A stretch of DNA of 64,000 bases from contig CM126216.1 of assembly GCA_052327205.1 (NCBI GenBank), positions 59,706,001 through 59,770,000 of the forward strand. Reading direction: 5' to 3'. The position numbers were made by a program, and so were the translations under genes. Under the pieces are notes generated by a model, which did not search any database, had not been told where the DNA came from, and saw nothing but the letters and a program-made list of their open reading frames with translations. The DNA is from Somniosus microcephalus. Lineage: Eukaryota. Within the stretch, counting starts at the first letter, position 1. Every line of letters begins with the position of its first letter. Below are positions 38,351 to 49,400 of this stretch, piece after piece.

Positions 38351-38490
38351 CAGTTCTGACGAAAGGCCATTGACCTGAAATGTTAACTCTGTTTCTCTCT
38401 CCACAGATGCGGCCTGACCTGCTGAGTATTTCCAGCATTTTCTGATTTTATTTCAGATTTCCAGCATCCGCAGTATTTTGCTTTTGTCTT
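38351..38490 (+). mobile_element. Penelope-like element terminal-repeat fragment with a hammerhead core
   Basis: CAGTT-CTGACGA-A-AGGCCATTGACCT-GAAATGTT-AACTCTG followed by the same conserved body as 30700-30879 and 32797-32924. Confidence 0.78.
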
Positions 38491-38514
38491 ATTTGATGTG
38501 TGATCGCAGACAGT

Positions 38515-38706
38515 GGGGCCTATTTTAATTTTAAGCGGAGGTGGGAAACAGGTAGTTGTGGATTGGTTGCTCATTATACACCTTACTTGGTTTGACTTCA
38601 ATGGAAAGCAACATTGGGCGGGGTGTGTAACAGGCAGCTGATCCACAACTGTCCATTCCTTTCCCCTCACCCCCCTCCGCCACCCCCCAAGTTAAAATGG
38701 CCTCCC
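38515..38706. mobile_element. Short MITE candidate
   Basis: Imperfect TIRs GGGGCCTATTTTAA and TTAAAATGGCCTCCC, with AGT on both sides (38512-38514, 38707-38709). Confidence 0.5.
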
Positions 38707-38859
38707 AGTGAGTGTTAGCAGGTTATTTGACAATAATTGTTTCATAGCTGAACTCAATGGTGTCATTATCTGAAATCCATAGAGCTCACTTTCCAGCAGG
38801 AGTCACTAAATAGCAATCAAGAGTGCGAATCCTTGAATGTTTATCTTTAACTTGGAGAT

Positions 38860-39165
38860 GGATATGGCAGCCTCCGGCTTATGGTACTGGACTAGCAACC
38901 TAAATGTTATTAGTTCATATCCCACCATGGCAATTTATGAAACTTATTTCAGTAAATCTGGTAATGTGTGGGTTAGCGCCAGAACAAATGCCATGAAAGC
39001 TGCTCAAGCCGCTAATGTCTTCAGGGAAGGGAACCTACTACCCCTATTGGATTTGGCCTACACATGACTCAAGTCCCACACTACATGGTTGACTTTTACT
39101 CCCCTCAGGGCAACTTAGGGATGGGCAATAAATGTTGCCCACATCCCAACAACAAATTAAAAATA
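38860..39165 (+). mobile_element. Degenerate tRNA-derived SINE with a LINE-type tail
   Basis: TGGTACTGGACTAG..AGTTCATATCCCACCATGGCA head and AGGGCAACTTAGGGATGGGCAATAAATG..GCCCACATCCCA..AAAAA tail. Confidence 0.6.
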
Positions 39166-40143
39166 GATACAGAGGCCAATTGTGAAGACCAAGGATCTAA
39201 GCTAGGATTTTTCTGTTTTGTACCACGTCAAGAAGTGCACTAACATACTGAGCTATCAGGACAGCCTCAGATCAAAATATCTAAGCTTTTGCATTTTTCC
39301 CACTACCTAAGGTGAGATCCAGAACATGGCCTCCTTCAGTGGCCTTGGTCAAGATCGCTGTGTTTTGAAGGAGGGTCCAATGACTTGATTGCCGACATGA
39401 TGACATAATTATTTTGCTACTTCCAGCTGTTGCAAATTAGTTGTTTTTAATCACAGCTTTAAGTTGCATATATTACTGCAGGTGAGGCAGAGTGGAAGAA
39501 GTTTCCCTCTGCATTTGGCTGTGTTATACCTGGCCTGGGAGCTTTTGATGCTGACACTGGGTGCCTGAAACGTTTAAAGTGCAAAAATGTTCCATTCCCC
39601 AGCATTGACATAATCTGAGAGATGCATTGTAAATGTTGGTGCTGCAGCTGATATAATGGCCTAGAAATTCAGTTGCGTGCGCCAGCCGTTAGTGCCTTAA
39701 GAGGAGTAGACTTCGAGCGCTAGGCACTTAGCGGCCGGGCGCAGCGCGATCTGCGCCTATGCCCAACTTCAGTAGACATTTAGCGCCGGCGCAAAGTGTT
39801 TGCGCGCGCAGCTTATGACGTCATTTCGTCGTGCAACGCCCTTTGTGCGCCCCAAACCGGAACTTCAGTCGCGCCCACCCAATGTGGGCGTGGCGGTGCT
39901 AAGAACTGTGAAGTGGAACGCAGCAGTGGCCCTGCAGGCCTCGGGGAGCGCTAATTAAAGGGCACTTACACTGAACTATAAAGGCCAGCCATTTTGCTGC
40001 AATGACTTTTGTGCAACGGATTTCTGGACAGAGACCAAGAAAGAGACCTTACTGATTTGGCCCAACATAGGAGAGGTATTTTTGGCTTCTGGCCAGAGCT
40101 TGGAAATTTGCCTCATTGTGATTTCATTGTTTGCCAGTATATT

Positions 40144-41283
40144 ATGGGGGCTGCATGGGGTGCCAACCCTCAGTTCCAGCATTATGTGCGAAGGGCTCGC
40201 AGACGCTGTGTGAGAGGGGCAGCCATGCCTAGACGCAGAGGGGGCATCAGGCGTCGGCAACGTAGGCCTTACCCACTCAGGGAATACCGCCAGCAGGTGT
40301 CCTATCTCACCATGACTGCCGCGCAGTGTGTTAAGAGGCTGCACTTCAGAAGGGAGGTGGTTGCAGAGATCTGCCAGCTGCTTCACAGAGATCTGCGTCC
40401 ACAGCTGATGTGCAGGACGTCTCTGTCGGTGGAAGTGAAGGTCACGGTGGCTCTGAACCTTTATGCAAGCGGCTCCTTCCAAGCTGCTGCTGGGGACATA
40501 GCTAACATATCCCAGTTCGCCGTGCATCGCTGCATCCGGCAGGTCACCGATGCCCTTTTCACAAGGAGACACCAATTCATCTCCTTCCCCATGACCCTGG
40601 AGAGGCAGGAGCAGCGTGCAGTCGGATTTGCGAGGATCGCGGACTTCCCCATGGTGCAGGGCGCCATTGACTGCACGCATGTGGCTTTGCGGGCACCTAT
40701 CGACAATGCCGAGGATTACCGCAACCGGAAGGGCTACCATTCCCTCAATGTACAGCTGGTGTGTGACAACAGGCAGCGCATCCTAGCTGTCAATGCCCGC
40801 TTTCCAGGCAGCAGCCACGATGCATTTATCCTGCGCCAGACTACTGTGGCTGACATGTTCCAGGCACAGCCTCCCCCAAGAGGATGGCTTATCGGGGACA
40901 AAGGCTATCCTTTGTGTACATAGCTCATGACCCCGCTCCGCGCGCCCAGGACCCCTGCTGAGGAGGCATACAACGAAAGCCATCAAGCCACAAGGAACAT
41001 CATAGAGCAAACGATTAGCATCCTCAAGCAACGGTTCCGCTGCCTGGATCGCTCCGGCGGATCTCTGCAGTATTCGCCGGATAGAGTCTCCCAGTTCGTC
41101 GTCGTTTGCTGCATGCTGCACAACCTGGCTATCCGCAGGACTCAGGCACTGCCACCTCACGTTGGACCACCACCTCAGGAGGACGAGCAGGAGGACCATG
41201 AGGAGGAGGAGGAGTACCAGCCCAGGAGGGAGCCACAAGGTCCAAGGGCCGTCCGTCGGCGGCTTATTGAACGACACTTCTAG
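40144..41283 (+). pseudogene. Harbinger DDE transposase (HARBI1-like) with a single in-frame nonsense codon
   Basis: VALNLYASGSFQ, GAIDCTH, NRKGYHSLNVQ, FPGSSHDA, GDKGYP, YNESH..TRNIIEQ, LKQRFRCL and CCMLHN motifs. TAG at 40921-40923 replaces the conserved Trp of the W-L-M-T-P motif, and the frame continues to 41283. ATG at 40144 assumed as start. TATAAA at 39977-39982. Confidence 0.93.
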
Positions 41284-41396
41284 GCCCCCTGTTAGGGAAT
41301 GGCTTGTGGCAATGAAGGGACATGAATGCAGCCGCTCCGCAAGCCCTCAGCCGGTTAACGCAACAACCACTTCAAACATCAAACATGGACAAGCTG

Positions 41397-41416
41397 AATA
41401 AAGAAAAAGCTTTATT
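41397..41416. terminator. Back-to-back polyadenylation signals of the two convergent transposon genes
   Basis: AATAAA on + (41397-41402) and TTTATT, i.e. AATAAA on - (41411-41416), between the two stop codons. Confidence 0.7.
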
Positions 41417-41621
41417 GAACAAACTCAGGGCCCTTCCCACATGAAACCCAAAAACAGACAACACCCCCAAAAAACAGTCAAACACATGACTCACTCCCAC
41501 AACCTGGGGAGGAATAACAAAACTTTTCCATCCAAATGGTCTTCATCCTCGGCCTTACTAAAACAATCCCCCCATAGACAATACAACCACCCCCATATAA
41601 AAAAACATTTGGCAACACCCT

Positions 41622-43676
41622 CTACTTTGTGTGCCGAGAGGGCGAGTCCTGGTCCAGCCTTTTCCGGCCCCTGGCCGACCTGCTGCTCCGCCTCAACCTG
41701 GGCCCTGTGGGTGCTGCAAGGCTGGGGGAAGGCTCCTGAGGGGCACATGGCGTGACGGCAGATGCCCTTGGGGGTCGGCCTAGACGAGCTCTGGCCCTCG
41801 AGGGGCCGGCTGCTGACTGCTGCAGCTGTGGCTGGGCAGCATCAGTCTCTCCAGCAGCTCGTGGCAGCTTCACTGGGGGAGTGGCAGTGGCGGCTGCAGC
41901 AATGGGGGCAAGCTGGCTGATGCCAGGCGCTCGCTGCTCGCCTGAGACACTGGCTCTCGGCCGGGCTGGCACTGCAGCAAGCGCAGCAATCTGCTGAAGG
42001 CCAGACCGCTGTGCTGCTGCAGCGCGGCGGGTGCCCTGGCGATGCCTGGCTGACACAGCGAGTGTGGCAGCAGTGAGTGCCCGTACTGCCCTGGTCTGTG
42101 CCCGCATCAGACCAGCCAGTGACTGCACGGCACCACTGATCAACTGGCCACTCGCTGCCTGTGCTGCCCTGAAGTCGTCCCGACTCGCGTCCTGTGCTGC
42201 CCTGAATTCGGCCCGACTCGCGTCCTGTGCTGCCCCGAATTCAGCCCGACTCGCGTCCTGTGCTGCCCCGAATTGTTCGAAACCCCTGGCCTGTGCTGCC
42301 CCGAGTTGCTCGAAACCCCTGGCCTGTGAGGCCCCGAAATCGGACATACTATGAGCCAGGGACTCGATGGCCTCAGGCAACCGTGCCACAACCCCCATGA
42401 ACTCGGTGTGCCGGCGATCCGAGTCCGCGGACATTTGATCGAGGAGGCGCACCTCCTGGGCGAGGACCGTCTCCGGACTGGAGGCCAGACTCTCTCTCTG
42501 GGGAGAAGGCTGCCGAGCTGCCCGACCCTTCCCGCGTGGCTGGACGCCACTGGGCCCAGCAACTACACTCCCCTGCAACACTTCCCCCCTCTGGGGAGAA
42601 GGCCGCCGAGCTGCCCGACCCTTCCCGCGTGGCTGGATGCCACTGGGCACAGGAGCTACACCCCCCTGCAACACTTCCCCCTGGCTCTCCTCCAGGGAAG
42701 ACGTGTCCCCTCCATTGCCATCCCCTGGCGCGGATGTGGGTTCCCCCGATGGGCCGCCTTCCTCTTGCTCCTCCTCGTCCTCCTCTTCCGAGGGACTGTC
42801 ACTGGCAGCTTCAGGGACCTCCTCCTCACCAGCTGAAAGCAGGAAGGCACAAGAGTAGCTTTAGAGTGAGGACGGGGCGTCAGCGAGGGAGGCATGAGTG
42901 GTGGCATTCAGCGCATTGGTTGGACAGTGGCAAAGGATGTAGATCTGAAGCGCAAGGGGAACGAGAGAGGTCCAAAAGGTGATGTCCTTACCATTGGGGC
43001 CCAGCACAGGGTCGGCATCTCCACATGCAACGGGGCCAATCAGCCGGCCACCCATGAGTCGACCCACGTGCTCCTCCAGGTCACTGAGCTGCTGGAACTG
43101 GGGACGGCCTCCCCCGGTGTCAGTCCGGCTCCTCATATTCTGGGCCAGCTTGGCCTGCAAGAGAAAGGACGGCCTCTAAGTACAGTGTGGTGCCCTGTTG
43201 TTGTGTGCACTGCCTCCCATGGTCGAATAGCTTGGCCAGTGTGGTGCCCTGTTGTTGTATGCACTGCCTCCCATGGTGGAATAGCTTGGCCAGTGTGTAA
43301 AGTGCAGAAAGTGCAATTGATGTTCATGCCAGTGCCATAGCTGCTGGATGAGGGCTGGCCATTAGGGCTTTGAGGTCCCTTTGCCCATAATGTGAGGTGC
43401 ACATGCAAGGATGAGGAGGACACTGGAAAGGGTACTCACCCTGACAATCCGAGTGAGGTCGTTAAACTTTTTCCGGCATTGGACACCAGTCCTGGGGACA
43501 TCGCAGGTGGCTGTGACCCTCTGGGCGATATCCCTCCAGGCTCTCCTGTACACCCTGGTGGCAGGCTTCTTGCCACTGTCCGGGAACAAGATATGGCGTC
43601 TCCTCTCCAAAGCCCTAACCAGCACCTTTAAATCATGGGCAGAGAAGCGCTGCGCTTGCTCACGGGCCCTCTGCAT
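41622..43676 (-). CDS. Harbinger Myb/SANT-like (trihelix) DNA-binding partner protein; 3 exons: 43676-43440, 43154-42992, 42832-41622; 536 aa
   Basis: Exon 1 encodes RFSAHDLKVLV...AWRDIAQRV...RTGVQCRKKFNDL. Splice sites AGG|GTGAGT, TTGCAG|GCC, ATG|GTAAGG and TTTCAG|CT have compatible phases. The exons total 1611 nt in one open frame that joins ORF 41622..42674. Confidence 0.88.
43183..43297. repeat. 54-bp tandem duplication in intron 1 of the Myb-like gene
   Basis: CAGTGTG recurs at 43183, 43237 and 43291, with two near-identical units. Confidence 0.9.
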
Positions 43677-44118
43677 CCTTCCTGGCGCTATTTCTCTCCA
43701 GCAGCAGTGTTTAGGCCTAGCTGGAGGGCTGCAGTATCCAGGGCGTGGCAGCAGACCAAGTCGACCCTTCCCCCTTTAAGAGCTGGCCGGCGCCAGGGTG
43801 TCTGCTGTCAATCAAGAAATGACCGCACCTGCGCTGCGCCCGGCCTCGGCGGTATCACTCTGCACCGCCGGCTTAGCGCCTAAAGATAGCCGTGCATCGC
43901 CAGTTTTAGCGCTCGAGCAAACTCCTTGGTCAAAGCTACTGAATATCGGCGAAGTGGCCTCCACTTTGCGCCGGGCGCAAACTTTAGCGGCCGCCCGACT
44001 TTACCACCCCAAAAGTGGCTATACTGAATTTCTAGGCCAATGTCTGCTACAGCTCAGACTTTCCCTGCTGACCAAGAGGATTCAGACCGGTCTCCAAGTG
44101 TACATGTTGCAAGACCTG

Positions 44119-44493
44119 AGCCCGGTGGCATAGTGGTTAGCACTGTTGCCTCACAGCACCAGGGACCCGGGTTCAAATCCGGCCTTGGGTGACTGTCTGT
44201 GTGGAGTTTGCACATTCTCCCTGTGTTTGCGTGGGTTTTCTCCGGGTGCTCCGGTTTCCTCCCACAGCCCAAAGATGTGCGGGTTAGGTTGATTGACCAT
44301 GATAAAAATTGACCCTTAGTGTTAGGGGGGATTAAATACGTGGGGTTACGGGGATAGGGCTTGGGTGGGATGGCTGTCAGTGTAGGGACCAGGTGCTAGG
44401 GTTTGGATGATCAGCCATGATCTCGTTGAATGGCGGAGCAGGCTCGAAGGGCCAAATGGCCTACTCCTGCTCCTATCTTCTATGTTTCTATGA
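44119..44493 (+). mobile_element. V-SINE (HE1-like) with a CR1-type tail
   Basis: tRNA head GGTGGCATAGTGGTTAGCAC..GGGTTCAAATCC. V-domain GTGTGGAGTTTGCACATTCTCC..GTGGGTTT.CTCCGGGTGCTCCGGTTTCCTCCCACA. Tail GGCCTACTCCTGCTCCTAT..TTCTATG. Confidence 0.92.
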
Positions 44494-46439
44494 GCCGCCT
44501 TGAGTCCCTAAATCAACAATATTGCTCCTCCACCTTTCAAAAGTGCCAAGGCTGATATGCATTTGTATGATGGAACCACGACCCAGGCACCTTGTTTCCA
44601 AATCAGCCCGTTTCGATTGCAAGTTGGATTTGGATACTAGATACCTGTGCGCACATGGCATTTATAAGTGGACAGTTGGTGCAAAAATGCATTTGCACCT
44701 TGGGCATTCCAGCTGGTGCATTGCTTGCTGTTAGTAAGCATAAGCCAGTAATTGCTGTTCTGTATGGGCTCACTGCATGTCAGCCAGGCTCAAGACGGTG
44801 AGCCTCTCATGTGATATGGCTGCTGCCATGGAATGGGATGCACCTTTTGAGGTACCTATGACAGCACTTGGGGTTGCTTTATTTCTTGCCAAGGTAAAGG
44901 GGTTGCCAAACAGATTTTAGGTATGTAGCTCCCAAAGCCATTTAAAACTGATCTTTTTCAGTACCACCAGTTGCACGCACACAGATGCAGATATTGACCT
45001 CCGAGCCAGCACAGAAACTGAACAAAGAGCTCAACTCCTCTGTAGAAACATGTCAAAATAAGAAAAAAAATCCATCAAAGACCACCAAAGCAAAAGTAAT
45101 TGTCAGGGGAAAGAGAGAAAAAAGTAAAACCACCTGGTTTATTGAAAGAAAATACAGATACAGTACTTGTGTATTCCTGTTCAAGTCATGGACATCAGTC
45201 AACAGGCTTGGCTATTAGTTGGCAAACTTAATGAGTAAGGACACTTTCCACACTCCAGTAAAGTTCCATGCTTGGTGACCAAGTGTTGAGGCATAATTCT
45301 GGTTTACCTTTTAAGAAGCAGATAAGGATTCCTGTCCCTAAATCTGTATGAGCGGACTGTTCGGGATGGAGAGTATTTCCATATCAAAGGGCTGCATGTG
45401 CACGGCAGTACTGTAATTAAAATGCAGTGGTTTGGGCTCTCTGTACTGGCATTGAGGCAGAGTGTTGTTGAAAGTGAGTGCAGTGTGCAGGCGGTTACCC
45501 TGCTGCATTTTTCTCCAAATACACTTATAATTTTCTACAAACATTAATGCCAGTCCACGCTCTTCTGTGGCTGGCTTGCTTACAATCCAAAACCATTCAG
45601 AGTTGAAAGTATTTTTCTCTATCAACCCTCTCATTGTGGGTTTGTGCATTGACTATTTTTATTCTGCTTGTTTGTATTTCCTTTAGCTAAAATGAAAATG
45701 AGACCGTTTTCTGTTTGTGTTGAAAGAGTTGTTTCTTTTTCACTTGATTTATTCCCCTCTAATTCCCCTCTCCATTTAGAAAGTACCTGGCGTGTTATCC
45801 AATTACTGTTACTGGTGTACGGTCTGATATCATTGCTATTATAAACAGTCTGTGTCAGACTCACTGGATGAAGGAAATCAGTTCTTCGTTACTTCTTGAA
45901 GAGAGGATTCAAATGTTGTGTTTAGTGCCATGAAGTACGTCTGTTTGAAGGGCACTAACTGTGTAAGATTTAAAAATAAATAAATAACAAACACTACATA
46001 CATATTAATATATAAATACAGTTTTCTGCTTTTATCCAGATACTGTATTTATTTTCATTAAGTTTTTTTAAATTAAGGCAATTAATGTCTCTTAATACTA
46101 ATTAATATTGAAAAATGAATTCATTGTGATGAACTCATCAAATTGTATTTAAAACTTACAAAGTGATTTTTTTTCTAAGCATCATTGTTACAAACTACTA
46201 CCCTATGTCTCTTGTTATAACAAAGTGATTCCCAGCTGAATTTCTGTTATAATCAGCAGAGGCTTTTAGTTCGTGACAAGAACTGCTATGTGTAGTTTCC
46301 ACAGTGCGTGATCATGAGGGCTGGCTGCATTTTCCATGTGGGGGATGTGTTGGTAAATTAGTTTCAAGATTCTTGTCTTCATCTTCAAATCTTTCCATGG
46401 ACTTGATCCACCCTATGTCAATGTTTTCTCCATCCATAG

Positions 46440-46720
46440 GTTGAGTTTACTCCTTGTTCCTCACTCCCTCTGCTCCACCATTGGTGGCCATTCTTTCAGC
46501 CACTATGCCCTTTGGCACTCCTTCCCTTAATCCCACCACATTGCCACCAAGCTCCCTGCTTTTAAAACCTCCTAGAACCTCTTTTGGTTCGTGTTGTTAG
46601 CCCACTCCCCCAGTTCCATGTTCCCTCTTTTCTTTCCTCTTGCTCATGTCCATTATTTTTTCTCTGCCCGGTAAAGCTATCTGAAACATTTTAACATGAG
46701 AAGTGCTAAGAAATGTGAGC
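46440..46720 (+). mobile_element. Degenerate L2 3' end
   Basis: GCTCCACCATTGGTGGCCATTCTTTCAGC...CACTCCTTCCC..., then GTAAAGC...AAGTGCTA.GAAATG motifs. Confidence 0.5.
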
Positions 46721-46987
46721 TGTTGTTAGTCAGTGTGATTTGCATTAACTCTAATAATAACTAAAATTGTAAATAAATAATAAATATTTTTTGTTAACTA
46801 AAATTATTTCTTAACTAAACCTAAATAAATAAAATTACATATAATAATGATTAATAAGTACAACTAAAATTATTTTGAGGAGCTAAGACCACGTCAATGA
46901 CTTCCTCTAAAATGAACAATATGAAAAATCCAAAAAGAGGTTTAGCATAAACTGTGGAACAAATATAAGTTACTCAACCTAGAAATG

Positions 46988-47664
46988 GAATGATGTATGC
47001 AGAGGGGTATAACTATAATGATGTATGCAGAGGGGTATAACTAGAATGATGTATGCAGAGGGGTATAACTAGAATGATGTATGTAGAGGGGTATAACTAG
47101 AATGATGTATGCAGAGGGGTATAACTAGAATGATGTATGTAGAGGGGTATAACTAGAATGATGTATGTAGAGGGGTATAACTAGAATGATGTATGCAGAG
47201 GGGTATAACTAGAATGATGTATGTAGAGGGGTATAACTAGAATGATGTATGCAGAGGGGTATAACTAGAATGATGTATGCAGAGGGGTATAACTAGAATG
47301 ATGTATGTAGAGGGGTATAACTATAATGATGTATGCAGAGGGGTATAACTAGAATGATGTATGTAGAGGGGTATAACTAGAATGATGTATGCAGAGGGGT
47401 ATAACTAGAATGATGTATGCAGAGGGGTATAACTAGAATGATGTATGCAGAGGGGTATAACTATAATGATGTATGTAGAGGGGTATAACTATAATGATGT
47501 ATGCAGAGGGGTATAACTAGAATGATGTATGCAGAGGGGTATAACTAGAATGATGTATGCAGAGGGGTATAACTAGAATGATGTATGCAGAGGGGTATAA
47601 CTAGAATGATGTATGCAGAGGGGTATAACTAGAATGATGTATGCAGAGGGGTATAACTATAATG
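46988..47664. repeat. 28-bp minisatellite, about 24 copies
   Basis: Unit (G/T)AATGATGTATG(C/T)AGAGGGGTATAACTA repeated head to tail without spacers. Confidence 0.98.
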
Positions 47665-48379
47665 CAATGGTTTACTCCTCATCTATACCTGAACTAGGAG
47701 TGCTTGATGCTGACAGTGGTGCCTCAAATCGAAGAGTGTCCTACTTCTCAGCATTAGCATTCATGTGAGTGCAAAATTCAGGAAAAAAAATCCAATGAAC
47801 TCTTTTGTGTAGACCTTCCCACTGAAAGTGGGAACACTTCGACTCTGGCCATGGTTGGAGTGTGTAGTGATAATTGTAACATAATGCTCCATGCAAGAGA
47901 TAACTCTTTTTCAGAATGTTTTATAAATGTTATTTTTGAACTAATTCCAACTCCTTGACAGAGAATGATTCAATAAAAAGTAACATTTTTATAATACTGT
48001 GTCACTGTAACTTGCAATAGTAAATACTGTCAGATCCTCAGTACTATCATGTGTCTGCAGCTGAGGTGCTTAATTGCCTGACCAATGTGGCCTGTTGAAA
48101 GAGGCACATGGATTTCCTTACCTGTGTTTAATGAGTTTGTTGATTCTCTTTAGGGGCATTGCTCTATTTGTCCCTGCCATCTACGTGTATGACTGTCCCC
48201 AGTCAATTCTTTGAGCAGTGGTGGTGTCAGAGATGGGGGAGGGAAGGAATTTGTTTACCTGATCTCGCATTTTCTTGTCTGTGAAGAAGGGGCAGAGTTA
48301 TTTCCCGCACAACAACAATACCTTACCTTTAAATATAATTTTTAACATAGTAAACACACACCTTACGGAGAAGAAATGG

Positions 48380-49400
48380 ATGCCAAGTAGTAAAAGGAGA
48401 ATTAGGAAAGATAACTGAAAGCATGGTTGAAGAGCTAGGATTTGATCGTGGAAAGAGTGGTGGAGGGGTTTTGAGGGGTGGGTCCAGAACATAGGACAAA
48501 TATACTTGAAGGTACTGCTATCAAAGGTGGAACAGAGGGAGAGGGCATGCACAGGAGGTCGGAGCCAGAGGAATAGCAGGGCACAAACTGGGGTCAGAAA
48601 TAGAGGAGGCTGCAAGATAAAGTACCCTGAGACCATGGAGAAAGTTCTAAATGACAATGAGGTTTTGAATTCCATGCCTTGGAATTCCATACCTTGGGAG
48701 TTGTGGGCTGTCAGTGGTGATGGGGCAGGACTTATGCAGAATGCAAATGGCAGAGTTCTTGATGAGTTGGAATTTATGTAAGGTGGAACTCAGGAACCCA
48801 GTGGACAGTGCATTGGAGAAGTGGAGCCTGAAGGTAATGAAATGTGGATAAGGATTTCATTGGTAGTGAAGGTGAGGTAACAGTGGAGGGAGTTAATCTG
48901 TGGAGGTGGAAGTAAATGGTCTTGACGTAGAGGATATAGAGTTTGAAACTCAGTTCAGGGTTGAGCACTGTGATTGTGAACATTTGGGTTCAGCCTGAGT
49001 AAGCATTGAGGAGGAGGATGGGGTCGGGGACAAGGTTACAGAGTTTTTGGAAGAAGCCGAGCAGGATGTCTTTGGGTTTGCCAATGTTAATTTGGAGAAA
49101 ACTCTGGCTCATCCATGGCTTGATGTCAGACAAGCATCTGACAGCACAGTAATGGTTGATGTTGGTGGGAGAGAGAAAGAGCTGAGTGTTGTCAGCATAT
49201 AATTCAAAGTTGACCACAAATCTACAGATAATGTCACCGAGGGGCAACATGTAAATGGGAAAAGGAGGAGCAAAGGTTTAAACCTGAGGAGTACTCCCAA
49301 GCTGAATGTCTGGGAGCAGGAGAGCCCATTGCTAGAGATATGATGGCTAAATCAAGACAGGTAGGAGTGGACTAAAGCATGGATGGTCTGTGGAGATCGA
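48380..49400 (-). mobile_element. L2-clade LINE 3' fragment (RT C-terminus and 3' region), decayed
   Basis: ORF 48990..49250 reads MLPLGDII..F.VNF.LYADNTQLFLS...CLSDIKPWMSQSFLQ.NIGK, the L2 YADDTQLY region. Confidence 0.85.

Larger units (their letters stand above)
39658..44038 (+). mobile_element. Complete PIF/Harbinger DNA transposon (4381 bp)
   Basis: Perfect 16-bp TIRs GGCCTAGAAATTCAGT (39658-39673) and ACTGAATTTCTAGGCC (44023-44038). 3-bp TSD AAT (39655-39657, 44039-44041). Carries a transposase and a Myb/SANT-like gene in convergent orientation, and is GC/CpG-rich. Confidence 0.97.

Noticed and set aside
40009-41283. Domesticated host gene HARBI1, or programmed stop-codon readthrough
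   Set aside because: The ORF lies within intact TIRs and a TSD beside a partner gene, so it is a transposon. The TAG falls on a conserved Trp codon and is most simply a point mutation.
39976-43340. Overlapping opposite-strand ORFs (e.g. 39976..40740, 40783..41277, 42351..42836, 42894..43340)
   Set aside because: Shadow frames of GC-rich transposon coding sequence with no independent motifs.
46988-47664. CRISPR-like array (28-bp repeat)
   Set aside because: Units are contiguous with no unique spacers, there are no cas genes, and the context is a vertebrate genome. It is a minisatellite.
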